A stretch of DNA of 64,000 nucleotides from an uncultured Ruminococcus sp. (GTDB lineage: Bacteria; Bacillota; Clostridia; Oscillospirales; CAG-272), in NCBI GenBank assembly GCA_964590755.1, contig CAZPYK010000003.1, positions 3,382 through 67,381 on the forward strand, written 5' to 3'. A program made the position numbers and the translations under genes. Numbering within the stretch: position 1 is the first letter of the stretch; each line of letters starts with the position of its first letter. Below the pieces are notes generated by a model, which saw only the letters and a program-made list of their open reading frames with translations, had not been told where the DNA came from and did not search any database. This document shows positions 40,133 through 49,870 of this stretch, piece after piece.

Positions 40133-41119
40133 TTATGAAGGTCTATGAGATCGAGATGGCTCATACAGCCTTCCCTGGTATGTGTTTTCGGAATACATGA
40201 GCTTGTCTATATCATTTATCACGGCGGTCTTTTGGCGGCTCCATTGCGGAGCTATCAAGTTCTCGGACAGTCCGTCTCCGGTCAAACGAGCCACGATCGT
40301 GTCGGGCGGCAGAAGTTCAAGCGCCGACACGATCAATGATACATAGTGCTCCCGAGTCAGCGGAATATATTGTCCCGCGGCGTATATTCTTGAAAGTTCG
40401 GTATCCTTCAGTACATGCAGCAGGTGAAGCTTGACCATGTCAGGTCGCAGTGCCGCCGCGTCGCGAACCGTTTGCAGCATCATTTCATCCGTCTCGCCCG
40501 GCAGTCCGAGTATAAGGTGTATGCAGACCATTGCCCGCGGACACATCCGACGCAAACGTGCATATCCGTCGCAAAATGTCGCAAAATCATGACCGCGGTT
40601 TATCAACGCGGCGGTGGCATCGTTTGAGCTTTGCAGACCGAGCTCAACGGTGAGGTCGGTCCTTTGCGAGATGTCGGCAAGCAGAGCGCAGATATCATCG
40701 CCAAGGCAATCGGCGCGCGTTGCTATGTCCAACCCGATCGCATTTTGAAATCTTATCGCGGACATGTACAGCGCTTCAAGTGTGCCGACATCCGCATATG
40801 TGTTCGTGTGTGCTTGAAAGTACGGCACACATCTGCTTACATCCCATTTCTTTGCCAACGCGAGCCTGCCGAGTTCGTATTGCCGTTCGATCGCTTTCTC
40901 GTTCGGTATGCTGTCACCGCTGCCGCTCGGGGAGCAATATATACATCCGCCGACGGCGCAGGTGCCGTCAATGTTCGGGCAGGTAAATCCCGCGTCAAGC
41001 GGTATCTTGACGACCCTGCCGCCGTATTTTTGTCGGCAATAATATTCAAACGTAAAGTACCTTTTATTGCTGTCGCTGTATTTATACGGATTTGTCAAAC
41101 GCTGAGGTGTGTGTTTCAT
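40133..41119 (-). CDS. TIGR01212-family radical SAM protein (YtqA/YhcC-like)
   Basis: KIPLDAGFTCPNIDGTCAVGGCIYCS, then a TIM-barrel radical-SAM core with LILGLPGET. Confidence 0.85.
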   Translation of the reverse strand: MKHTPQRLTNPYKYSDSNKRYFTFEYYCRQKYGGRVVKIPLDAGFTCPNIDGTCAVGGCIYCSPSGSGDSIPNEKAIERQYELGRLALAKKWDVSRCVPYFQAHTNTYADVGTLEALYMSAIRFQNAIGLDIATRADCLGDDICALLADISQRTDLTVELGLQSSNDATAALINRGHDFATFCDGYARLRRMCPRAMVCIHLILGLPGETDEMMLQTVRDAAALRPDMVKLHLLHVLKDTELSRIYAAGQYIPLTREHYVSLIVSALELLPPDTIVARLTGDGLSENLIAPQWSRQKTAVINDIDKLMYSENTYQGRLYEPSRSHRPS

Positions 41120-41168
41120 GTTTTTAAAATGTCGGCTGCCGTTGCATGTGAAACGACAGCCGTAATTT

Positions 41169-42455
41169 TTATTGGCGCTCGGAGAGCAGCTTTTCTATGG
41201 CTGTGATCTTTACACAGCAGGTGAGAACGTTCATGGCGCATCGCAGCTCATCGTCCGACGGGTAGGTCGGCGCGAGTCTGATGTTGGCATCATGAAGATC
41301 GTTTCCGTAAGGATATGTGGCTCCCGCCTTGGTAAGCTTGACACCGGCATCCAGGCACATGTTATATGTGCGTTTTGCGCAGCCGTCAAGCGTGTAGAGG
41401 CTGATAAAATATCCGCCCTTCGGACGAGTCCAACGAGCCGCGCCTGTGCCGCCCAACTCCCGCTCAAGCGCATCCAACGTTATTTCGAATTTGGGACGGA
41501 TCAAGTCGGCGAGCACGCGCATGTGAGAGCGGATATTCTCTGCGGTGCCGAAATATTTTACATGCCGTATCTGATTTATTTTATCAAATCCGATCGTCTG
41601 CACCCCGAGTATCGGCTTTATTTGTGCGAGATTTCTGTCCGAGGCGGCAAATATCGCCACTCCAGAGCCGGGAAAGGATATTTTGGAGGTCGAGGCAAAA
41701 TAAAACACATAGTCCTCGGTGCCTTGCTTTTCGCATTCCGTGAAGATGTCGAGCAGTGTGTCGGCATCCTCGTAAAGATCGTGCACGGCGTATGCGTTAT
41801 CCCAAAAGATGCGAAAATCCGGCGCGGCGGGCTTGAGTGCCGCGAAGCGGCGTACGGTATCATCCGAATAGGTGATCCCGTCCGGATTCGAATATTTCGG
41901 GCAGCACCACACGCCCTTGATCTGAGGGTCGGCGGAGACAAGAGCTTCCACGGCGTCCATGTCGGGGCCGGTGGGAGTCATTGCGACGGTTATCATCTCG
42001 ATGCCGAGCGATTGACATATCGCAAAGTGCCGATCGTATCCGGGGGAAGGGCAAACGAATTTGATCTTGCCCTGTTTGACCCACGGTACATCGGTGCCCG
42101 CAACGCCGTACAGCATTGCGCGAGCCACGGTGTCGTACATCAAATTGAGAGATGAGTTGCCGCAAACGATGATGTTCTTTTCCGGTATGGACAAAAGATC
42201 GGAAAAAAGCTTTTTTGCTTCGGGAACGCCCTCAAGCAACCCGTAATTGCGGTAGTCAAAGCCGTCGGAAGAGCGGCAATCTTCGGTTTTTGAGATGCAA
42301 TCAAGCATGCCAGTGAGCAGATCCAACTGCGCCTTGCCCGGCTTTCCGCGTGAGAGGTCCAAGTTATAGCCCTTGGAGCGATATCCCGCGTATTCTCTTT
42401 GCAGTTCGGAATATATTCGGAGAAGTTCGGGATCCGTCATCTCGGAGTATTTCAT
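41169..42455 (-). CDS. PLP-dependent aminotransferase (putative aspartate aminotransferase, PF12897-like)
   Basis: [22 protein letters not shown] and [15 protein letters not shown] (Lys-PLP context). It is adjacent to asnS and a DinG-like helicase, echoing the dinG-aspB-asnS neighbourhood of Bacillus. Confidence 0.78.
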   Translation of the reverse strand: MKYSEMTDPELLRIYSELQREYAGYRSKGYNLDLSRGKPGKAQLDLLTGMLDCISKTEDCRSSDGFDYRNYGLLEGVPEAKKLFSDLLSIPEKNIIVCGNSSLNLMYDTVARAMLYGVAGTDVPWVKQGKIKFVCPSPGYDRHFAICQSLGIEMITVAMTPTGPDMDAVEALVSADPQIKGVWCCPKYSNPDGITYSDDTVRRFAALKPAAPDFRIFWDNAYAVHDLYEDADTLLDIFTECEKQGTEDYVFYFASTSKISFPGSGVAIFAASDRNLAQIKPILGVQTIGFDKINQIRHVKYFGTAENIRSHMRVLADLIRPKFEITLDALERELGGTGAARWTRPKGGYFISLYTLDGCAKRTYNMCLDAGVKLTKAGATYPYGNDLHDANIRLAPTYPSDDELRCAMNVLTCCVKITAIEKLLSERQ

Positions 42456-42495
42456 TATATGAACAGACCTTTCTGGTGTGGTATGGGCGAGCGTA

Positions 42496-43890
42496 TCAGA
42501 AATCGGCGCTTCCCGTGGTACGAGGGAAGGCTTCAACATCGCGAATGTTTGTCATTCCCGTGACGTACATGATCATTCTTTCAAAGCCGAGACCGAAGCC
42601 GGCGTGCTTGGTGCCGCCGTAGCGCCGCAGGTCGCAGTACCAGCCGTATTGCTCCGGTTCGAGTCCGAAGCGTTCGATCGCTTCTTCGAGTTTATCAAGG
42701 CGTTCTTCACGCTGTGAGCCGCCTATCAGTTCTCCGACGCCCGGTACAAGCATATCCGCCGCCGCAACGGTCTTGCCGTCATCGTTTTGGCGCATATAGA
42801 ATGCCTTGATGTCCTTGGGGTAGTCGGTCACGAATACGGGTTTTTTGAAGATCTGCTCGGTGAGATATCTTTCGTGCTCGGTCTGCAGATCGATGCCCCA
42901 TTTTACGGGATAATCAAATTCCTTGCCGCTTTGCACGAGAAGCTCGACGGCATCGGTATAGCTCACTCTGCCGAAATCGCCGGAAACGAGAGCGGTGAGC
43001 CTTTCGATAAGAGAGGTGTCGATGAATTTGTTGAAGAATTCCAGTTCGGCGGGGCATTCTTTCATAACGAAGTTTACGATATATTTGACCATTGCTTCGG
43101 CGGTGTCCATATAATCCGAAAGATCGGCAAAAGCCATTTCGGGTTCCACCATCCAAAATTCGGCAGCATGGCGCTGGGTATAGGATCGCTCGGCGCGGAA
43201 GGTGGGACCGAAGGTGTAGACGTTTGCAAATGCCATTGCAAAGGTTTCAACATTCAACTGACCGGAAACGGTAAGTCCGGTGCGCTTGCCGAAGAAATCT
43301 TTGGAATAATCTATCTCGCCGTCGGGTGTGCGCGGAGGATCGTTGATATCCAGCGTGGTCACCTGAAACATTTCGCCCGCTCCCTCGCAATCGGATCCGG
43401 TGATGAGAGGCGTGTGAACATACACAAAGCCCCGCTCGTGGAAGAAGCTGTGGATGGCGTAGGCGACGCAGGAGCGCACACGGAATACCGCGTTGAAGGT
43501 GTTGCTGCGCGGACGCAGATGTGCGATGGTGCGGAGATATTCGAAGCTGTGTTTTTTCTTTTGCAGAGGATAATCGGGAGACGAGACGCCTTCGATGACG
43601 ACCTTATCCGCCTTCATTTCGAAGGGCTGCTTGGCTTCGGGAGTCAGCACGATCGTGCCGGTGATGACAAAGGAAGCGCCGACATTCTGCTTGATCACCT
43701 CGCGGTAATTATCGAGCTTTGATTCCTCTATTACAATCTGCAGATTTTTAAAATATGAGCCGTCATTGAGCTCTATAAAGCCGAAAACATTGCTTGAACG
43801 TATGGTGCGAGCCCATCCGGCAACGGTGATCGGTGCGGAGGTGAATTCTTCCGCCGAGTCGTAGATTTTTTTGATCTCTGTGCGTTTCAT
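42496..43890 (-). CDS. asnS: asparaginyl-tRNA synthetase
   Basis: [23 protein letters not shown] (OB fold) and class IIb motifs [21 protein letters not shown] and [22 protein letters not shown]. The start is set at M56 of the listed ORF (AAAGGA RBS). Confidence 0.95.
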   Translation of the reverse strand: MKRTEIKKIYDSAEEFTSAPITVAGWARTIRSSNVFGFIELNDGSYFKNLQIVIEESKLDNYREVIKQNVGASFVITGTIVLTPEAKQPFEMKADKVVIEGVSSPDYPLQKKKHSFEYLRTIAHLRPRSNTFNAVFRVRSCVAYAIHSFFHERGFVYVHTPLITGSDCEGAGEMFQVTTLDINDPPRTPDGEIDYSKDFFGKRTGLTVSGQLNVETFAMAFANVYTFGPTFRAERSYTQRHAAEFWMVEPEMAFADLSDYMDTAEAMVKYIVNFVMKECPAELEFFNKFIDTSLIERLTALVSGDFGRVSYTDAVELLVQSGKEFDYPVKWGIDLQTEHERYLTEQIFKKPVFVTDYPKDIKAFYMRQNDDGKTVAAADMLVPGVGELIGGSQREERLDKLEEAIERFGLEPEQYGWYCDLRRYGGTKHAGFGLGFERMIMYVTGMTNIRDVEAFPRTTGSADF

Positions 43891-44063
43891 TTTTTGCCTG
43901 TTCCTTTCTCGGTAGATTGTCGCTTGAAGGCAAGGTCCTTCAAGACGGTTCTCCTTTTCTTTGTGACATGTGAGGTACACTTGAATACTGTAATAACCGT
44001 AACAACGCTCTTGTGCAACAATTTTGCGCATGCTATGCATTCCCGAGGAGCACAATATGCATC

Positions 44064-44092
44064 ATTATAACACAATTTGCTTTAATAAGCAA
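44064..44092 (-). promoter_or_regulatory. candidate promoter for asnS (TTGCTT-17-TGtTATAAT)
   Basis: On the minus strand, TTGCTT lies at 44092-44087 and TATAAT at 44069-44064, preceded by TGT. This gives a ~165-nt leader. Confidence 0.5.
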
Positions 44093-44146
44093 GATGTAAA
44101 ACATGAAATTGCAAAAATAATTATTTAAATAAGCTTATTTGTCAGC

Positions 44147-46606
44147 TTATTTGCTCCAAAATCTCTTTAGGATGTCGGGAAGCTCGGCTATATCGTTCAC
44201 ATTTTTGGTGTTCTTCCAATGAGCGGGGAAAAGAGCACGGTATTGCGGCGTTGCGTATCTGTCATCTATCAACACCACGACGCCGCGGTCGTCGGACTTG
44301 CGTATGACGCGGCCCGCGGCTTGAAGGACCTTGTTCATGCCCGGATATGTGTATGCGTAATTATAGCCGTCGTCATTTTTGTTTTGATAGTAATCTCTGA
44401 TCAGATTCCTTTCAAACGACAACCCGGGCAAGCCGACGCCGACGATCACGACTCCGATCAGTTTGTTTCCGGGCAGATCGACGCCCTCAGAAAAACTGCC
44501 GCCGAGAACGCAAAAGCCTATCCGCAATATATTGCTGTCATCCGCAAAGAACGAAATGAACGCATCCCTTTCGGCGGGTGACATTCGCGGACTTTGCTTT
44601 GTGACCTTAACGTTCGGATACTTGCGTGTGAAATGCCGAAATACGGCATCGAGATATGCATATGACGGAAAGTAAACTATGTAATTTCCCTTGCGCGCGG
44701 ACGCGGTGGCTGCGATCACAGAGGATATACGGCGCGCGGAACGCTCGCGATCTTCGTAGCGCGTGCTTACGGATGAGACCGTTGCGATCAGAAGCTGCTC
44801 TTCCGGAAAGGGAGAGGGGATGGAAAGCGAGACCGCGCGCTTTCCGCCTCCGAGTATTTCGGAAAAATAATCGGAAGGGGTCAAGGTGGCGGAGAAAAAT
44901 ATCGCCGAGCGACAGGCGTTCATCGCCGCATTGAGAGCGGCGGACGGATCAAGGCAATATTGCCTGATAAGTATCCTTCCGTTCGATATGTCGATATAAG
45001 TCCTGTATCTGTCGTCATACGCTTCGGACGCCGTTGCCCATTTGCGGCAGATGCGCGCCATGCGCGCACAGGCGGAGATCGCTTCGTAGCGCTCCTCGGT
45101 GTCGACCGGACTGCCGCTCGTGTGCAGGAATGCTTCGCAAGCACCGCCGAGCGCCTTTATGTGTTCTCCGACCGAGGGAGGGGTCTCTCTGCCCACATAA
45201 TAGCCGAATTCGGAGCCGTCATCGTTCTTGCGAATATTGTCAGAGCAATATGATCTTGCCTCGTCGATCGCGGCATCGAGCTTGCGCACTGCCGAGGATA
45301 TTTTTTCTCCGAGAAGCGGCAGGTGACGCGAAAAGGATTCGAGGCGGTCGGAGGATAGCTCGGCTGAGCAGATATCGCGAGCCCTTTCGGGCAGGTTGTG
45401 AGCTTCGTCGATCAGAAGTATCGCGGATCGGTCACGATCACGGTCGCCGTTACCCTCTTCCGAAAAAAATCTTTTGAGCTTTACCGACGGATCGAATACA
45501 TAATTATAATCGCAGATTATCATGTCGCAGAGCTCGGCAATGTCGAGAGAAAGCTCATACGGGCAGATCGAAAATTCACGCGCGGCGGCAAGTATCGCAC
45601 TTTGCGATATGCCGTGATATTTTTCGAGCAAAGAAAATATTGCTTTGTCTCGCTTGTCGTAATAACCTCGCGCATAAACGCAGGAGCGCGGAGTGCAACA
45701 GAGATTGCCGCCTCCGCACGCTGCCGCCGCGGGGTTGATGCAGCATTGTTCTCTGGAGGCAAGCACCAAAGTTCTGTACAGGAGTCCGCTTCCGGCAAGC
45801 TCGGCGGCGGCGCGGAATGCCTCGCGTCGCGTGGCGGCTTTGGCGGTCAAGTAAAAAATGCGTCGACCGTAGCCGTCGCCGAGCGCGCGCACGGCGCCGT
45901 AGATCGCGGATACCGTTTTGCCTATCCCGGTCGGAGCCTGCGCAAAAAGGCGCTTGCCGTTTTTTGCCGCTCGGTATATCGAGCTTATGAGCTCGCTCTG
46001 CCCCGGGCGAAGCTCGCTGTACGGGAACTTAAGAGCTTTTACGGATGTGCGTCGCGTGAGCACTCGGTCGCGTTCGTCGCACAAGCGGGCGGATATTCGC
46101 TCAAGCAGTGAGGCGAGAAAAAAATCAAGATCATCAACATGATATGCGCCGTAAAAGGAATTTGTCTTTGATCCTCCCGCGGCGACATAGGTCACGCGAC
46201 AGCCGATGCGCGAAAGCTTGTTTTGCGCGCAATACATCAATGCCAATATCTTGGCGCGCGCGAAATGTGCGGGTAATGGAGGTTCCGCAAGCATCGACGG
46301 AGCGACCGTTATGAGCACCTCCGCTTCATGAAGAGCCGTCTGCTCGCTTGAAGTGTCACTCGGGTGAATGATATCCGCCGTTCCGCATATATGCAGATCG
46401 AAGCCGTGAAACGGTCGGATCATCTCAAGGCGGCAGTGAAGTGCGGCGCCCTCTCCGGATCGTGAACGGATGATCTTTTCGGTGCCGCAGTTGCACGAAA
46501 GCTCGGAGCGCTTTTTTCTCGCGTCGAGATCTCCCGCGGCGCAGGCAAGCTCACAGAGCTCGGATACGTCGATGTGAAGGCGGCCCTGTTCGAGGTCGTA
46601 TTCCAT
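44147..46606 (-). CDS. DinG/XPD-family Fe-S ATP-dependent DNA helicase with extra ~200-aa N-terminal domain
   Basis: Walker A AQAPTGIGKTVS, DEAH box LLIDEAHNL, a Cys cluster (CCINPAAAACGGGNLCCTPRSC...CPY) and a C-terminal helicase domain (QAAGRVIR). The start is set at M16 of the listed ORF. Confidence 0.85.
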   Translation of the reverse strand: MEYDLEQGRLHIDVSELCELACAAGDLDARKKRSELSCNCGTEKIIRSRSGEGAALHCRLEMIRPFHGFDLHICGTADIIHPSDTSSEQTALHEAEVLITVAPSMLAEPPLPAHFARAKILALMYCAQNKLSRIGCRVTYVAAGGSKTNSFYGAYHVDDLDFFLASLLERISARLCDERDRVLTRRTSVKALKFPYSELRPGQSELISSIYRAAKNGKRLFAQAPTGIGKTVSAIYGAVRALGDGYGRRIFYLTAKAATRREAFRAAAELAGSGLLYRTLVLASREQCCINPAAAACGGGNLCCTPRSCVYARGYYDKRDKAIFSLLEKYHGISQSAILAAAREFSICPYELSLDIAELCDMIICDYNYVFDPSVKLKRFFSEEGNGDRDRDRSAILLIDEAHNLPERARDICSAELSSDRLESFSRHLPLLGEKISSAVRKLDAAIDEARSYCSDNIRKNDDGSEFGYYVGRETPPSVGEHIKALGGACEAFLHTSGSPVDTEERYEAISACARMARICRKWATASEAYDDRYRTYIDISNGRILIRQYCLDPSAALNAAMNACRSAIFFSATLTPSDYFSEILGGGKRAVSLSIPSPFPEEQLLIATVSSVSTRYEDRERSARRISSVIAATASARKGNYIVYFPSYAYLDAVFRHFTRKYPNVKVTKQSPRMSPAERDAFISFFADDSNILRIGFCVLGGSFSEGVDLPGNKLIGVVIVGVGLPGLSFERNLIRDYYQNKNDDGYNYAYTYPGMNKVLQAAGRVIRKSDDRGVVVLIDDRYATPQYRALFPAHWKNTKNVNDIAELPDILKRFWSK

Positions 46607-46689
46607 TTGTGATCTCACCCCTTTTGCGGAGCGCTCGGAACGCTGCCGCACGAAATATCACTCACCGAGAGTTTAACCGTTATATGGTT

Positions 46690-46718
46690 ATTATATCACT
46701 TAATATATCTTAAGTCAA
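46690..46718 (-). promoter_or_regulatory. candidate promoter for the helicase gene (TTGACT-17-TATAAT)
   Basis: On the minus strand, TTGACT lies at 46718-46713 and TATAAT at 46695-46690. Confidence 0.5.
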
Positions 46719-46728
46719 TCTTTAAACG

Positions 46729-46781
46729 AAAAATAGGGACTGCGCCGGGCTTTTAAACAAGCCGTCGGCGCAGTCCTTTTT
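46729..46781. terminator. bidirectional terminator downstream of the DUF1854 gene
   Basis: GGACTGCGCCG...CGGCGCAGTCC forms an 11-bp stem flanked by AAAAA on the left and TTTTT on the right. Confidence 0.65.
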
Positions 46782-46792
46782 ATGAGCGCGGA

Positions 46793-47278
46793 TCAGAGGA
46801 AGCTTGAGATCAATATCCAGCTCTTGCGGTCAAGAGCCGCCAGACTTTCGATCTCATAGCGGTTATCGCTTGCATCTCTGATGATTATCCTATCCTCGGG
46901 ATATATCTTTATATCGCTGTGGCGATTGCGGATGCGGAATTCAACATAGCCGTGATCGGTGTCGACCTTCATCGTCAGCGATCCGGTCGCATCCGAGCAC
47001 TCATGTATCTTCAATATTTTGGGAATAAAATAATAATCGTTGAAGCATGCTTTTACGGCCGCGGCCGATTCGGGAGAAATATCGTCATAGCTTTTTATCA
47101 TGGCTATCTCTTTTTCATCCGAGCTGATAAGAGAAATATAATGATCGCGGTCGGAAATGGGGAAGAGCCTGCGCAATTCAACATCTGTGTAGACTGTTCC
47201 GTCCGCCATGGTAAGCGAAACGCTGAAAACGTCGGTCAGCTCTATCTTTGCCGTTTTGTCCAAAAATTTTTGTGCCAT
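46793..47278 (-). CDS. DUF1854 domain protein (ABC-exporter partner)
   Basis: A ~160-aa soluble protein immediately downstream of the ABC exporter. ATG 47299 overlaps the exporter stop as ATGA, but ATG 47278 has a strong AAGGAGA RBS. Confidence 0.65.
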   Translation of the reverse strand: MAQKFLDKTAKIELTDVFSVSLTMADGTVYTDVELRRLFPISDRDHYISLISSDEKEIAMIKSYDDISPESAAAVKACFNDYYFIPKILKIHECSDATGSLTMKVDTDHGYVEFRIRNRHSDIKIYPEDRIIIRDASDNRYEIESLAALDRKSWILISSFL

Positions 47279-47295
47279 AGATCCGATTTCTCCTT

Positions 47296-49554
47296 TCATT
47301 CAAAGCGGCTTTCCGCCTTTGCGGCGGTAAGCTTGTCCGACATGGATTGTATCTCGACCAGGCGATAATATTTGCCCTTTGCGGCAAGCAGTTCGTCCGG
47401 AGAGCCGCATTCTATTATCTCGCCGTTGTCTACAACAACTATCTTGTTGGCTTTGCTGAGCGTGGAGAGGCGGTGGGCTATCATTATCGTTGTCCTGCCG
47501 GATATCAGCCTTTCGATCGCCTCCTGGATCAGATGCTCGGTCTCCGAGTCGACAGATGCGGTAGCTTCGTCAAACACCAAAATGCTCGGGTTCTTCAGCA
47601 CCGCGCGTGCGATGGACAGACGCTGTCTTTCGCCGCCGGAAAGTCCGACGCCGCGTTCGCCGAGTACCGCGTCATAGCCATCCGGTTGGCGCACGATGAA
47701 TTCGTGCGCATTGGCAACATCTGCGGCATTAAGCACCTTTTCGACGGGACAATTATCGTTTCCGTAGGCGATATTGTTGAATATCGTATCATGGAACATC
47801 AGCGGTTCCTGCTGTACAAAGCCGATCTGAGAGCGATAATAATTCATGTCGATATCCTTTATATTGACGCCGTCGACGAAAATGTCTCCGTCGTAATGAT
47901 CGTAATAGCGCATGAAAAGGTTGATAAGTGTGGATTTGCCCGAGCCGGTGGTGCCGACGATGCCTACTATATCGCCGGGCTCTATGGTGAGATTTATGTT
48001 CTTGAGCGTCTTCTTTGTGCGGTCGAATGAGAAGCTGACATTTTTGAATTCAATCTTTCCCTTGACCACGGGAAGCACGTTGCCTTTGCCGAAATCATGC
48101 TCTGGCTCGGCGTCCAGTATATCGAGTATACGCTCTGCCGATGCCAATGCCGATTGATAAGAATCGTTCAGATTGGCAAAGAAGTTGACCGGACCGTAAA
48201 ACATCGATGCATAGGAAATAAACGATACCAAAAGACCCGCAGTGAGCCCGCCGCTGCCGTTTATTACCATTTGACCGCCGAATGCCCATATCATCACCGA
48301 GCCGATGCTGATGAGGGTGTTGACGATGGCGGGAAAGATATTGAGTATCGCGGAGGCTTGGGAATCGGTGTCATACCATTCCTTGTTGGTCTCCTTGAAG
48401 CGAGCGGTCGTGCCTTCCTCGTTGGTGAAGGATTTTACGACACGAATGCCGGGAATGGTGTCGGTCAAGACCGACGAGACAGCTGTCCAGCGTCTCCAGA
48501 TCCTGAGGTAGAAGGGGCGTATTTTCTTTCCGAATATTCTGGCGCCTATGACGACCAGCGGAACGGGGATCAAGGACAGAAGTGTAAGTTCCGGGTCCAT
48601 GATAAGCATTACGACGATAATGCCGATCATTTTAAAGAACTCAACGACCACTTCCTGTGTTATTCTGAGCATAAACGCGCGCAGCGTGTTGCTGTCGCCG
48701 CTGATTCGGTTGATCACCGCTCCCGTTGAGGTCTTGTCGTAAAAACGCATCGGCAGGTATTGAGCCTTTTCATACACGTCGTTGCGAAGCGCCATAACGA
48801 TACGATCGCCGGATTTTCTCAGCACCGTACCTCGTATCGCACCGATAAGATGTGTCAATATATGCAATATTACAAGCCCGAAAGACACATAGATCAGCCG
48901 TTGCGTATCTTCGCCCGGGAGGATCTCGTCAACGAGGCTCTTGGTGAGAAGCGGCGGCACGAGAGAAAGCGCGGTCGAGGCTACGGCAAGGAAGATGGAG
49001 ATTATCAACTGCTTCCATTCGGGGATCAGATATTTTCCGAGCTTTGAGACCACCTTTTTCTTGCTTGCGCAGTGGATGCAATCGGCACCGGGGGAAGAAA
49101 GTGTGCGACCGCACTTCGGACACACCGACAGCTGTTTTTCGTAGACCGCCTTCATGCAATCGTAAGCGTCGTCGATGTCGCTCTCGCCGGATACCACCGA
49201 GTTCAAAAAGCCCGCCGCGGCTTCGCAGAGAGCGTTGACGCTGAAGGTGTAGCGGAAGATGTTTACTATCTCCCCGCTTTTCAGTGTCAGGCGTAATATC
49301 GCGTTACCGTACATACGCTTGTTTTCCGCCTTCTCGATCTCATCGATCGAAACGGATCTGCCGAAATGGTCGCTGTCCAGCTCGTAGGTCTCGATGTTTT
49401 TTTCGCTTACGAGCAGAACGCTGCGGCAGTATTCGGATTTCACCGAAATGTCGCCCACGATGGCGAAAAGGTAGGGGAATGCCGGGTCTTCGTGCGAGCG
49501 CAGCTTGGTTGTCTCGCTGTCGCTCAGCAGCATGTTGATCAAGAGTTCTTTCAT
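47296..49554 (-). CDS. ABC exporter, fused permease/ATPase, with ~170-aa N-terminal cytoplasmic domain containing a CPKC...CIHC zinc ribbon
   Basis: Six-TM exporter domain, Walker A GTTGSGKST, signature LSGGERQR, Walker B ILVFDEATS and H-loop IAHRLST. Confidence 0.9.
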   Translation of the reverse strand: MKELLINMLLSDSETTKLRSHEDPAFPYLFAIVGDISVKSEYCRSVLLVSEKNIETYELDSDHFGRSVSIDEIEKAENKRMYGNAILRLTLKSGEIVNIFRYTFSVNALCEAAAGFLNSVVSGESDIDDAYDCMKAVYEKQLSVCPKCGRTLSSPGADCIHCASKKKVVSKLGKYLIPEWKQLIISIFLAVASTALSLVPPLLTKSLVDEILPGEDTQRLIYVSFGLVILHILTHLIGAIRGTVLRKSGDRIVMALRNDVYEKAQYLPMRFYDKTSTGAVINRISGDSNTLRAFMLRITQEVVVEFFKMIGIIVVMLIMDPELTLLSLIPVPLVVIGARIFGKKIRPFYLRIWRRWTAVSSVLTDTIPGIRVVKSFTNEEGTTARFKETNKEWYDTDSQASAILNIFPAIVNTLISIGSVMIWAFGGQMVINGSGGLTAGLLVSFISYASMFYGPVNFFANLNDSYQSALASAERILDILDAEPEHDFGKGNVLPVVKGKIEFKNVSFSFDRTKKTLKNINLTIEPGDIVGIVGTTGSGKSTLINLFMRYYDHYDGDIFVDGVNIKDIDMNYYRSQIGFVQQEPLMFHDTIFNNIAYGNDNCPVEKVLNAADVANAHEFIVRQPDGYDAVLGERGVGLSGGERQRLSIARAVLKNPSILVFDEATASVDSETEHLIQEAIERLISGRTTIMIAHRLSTLSKANKIVVVDNGEIIECGSPDELLAAKGKYYRLVEIQSMSDKLTAAKAESRFE

Positions 49555-49729
49555 TTCTCTGTTTTACGACGTGCCGTGCCGGCATGACACGATATGCGCC
49601 GATGGGATGCGACCTCGCGACGAACGGATCGGAGAGCGATGATATCGATCCGCTGTGTTCCGTCCTTGTGTCGATGCACTGTCGCGGGAAGCGTTGTTGT
49701 CAGATATCTCATTTCTGAAACATCAATTA

Positions 49730-49758
49730 ATTTTATCATCAAAAAGTTTCCGTGTCAA
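49730..49758 (-). promoter_or_regulatory. candidate promoter for the ABC exporter (TTGACA-17-TAAAAT)
   Basis: On the minus strand, TTGACA lies at 49758-49753 and TAAAAT at 49735-49730. This gives a ~170-nt GC-rich leader. Confidence 0.5.
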
Positions 49759-49785
49759 TAAAATGAACGATTTATGTGCAAAATG

Positions 49786-49842
49786 ACCAATAATTCGTAT
49801 ATGTATCACAAATGTCGACACATACTTGCTTCGAATTATTGG
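49786..49842 (-). terminator. long hairpin downstream of the 49871-50350 gene
   Basis: CCAATAATTCG (49786-49796) pairs with CGAATTATTGG (49832-49842) around a partly self-paired 35-nt loop. A T-rich stretch follows on the minus strand. Confidence 0.4.
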
Positions 49843-49870
49843 CCATGATATATATTTTACCGATGAACGA

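Noticed and set aside
49551-49742. A 63-aa ORF (MMIKLIDVSEMRYL...) whose stop overlaps the ABC exporter start in an ATGA arrangement, considered as a possible leader peptide.
   Set aside because: Its start codons lie inside the spacer of the best promoter candidate, upstream of the predicted transcription start. It has no RBS, and the Arg-rich composition is typical of an out-of-frame GC-rich reading.
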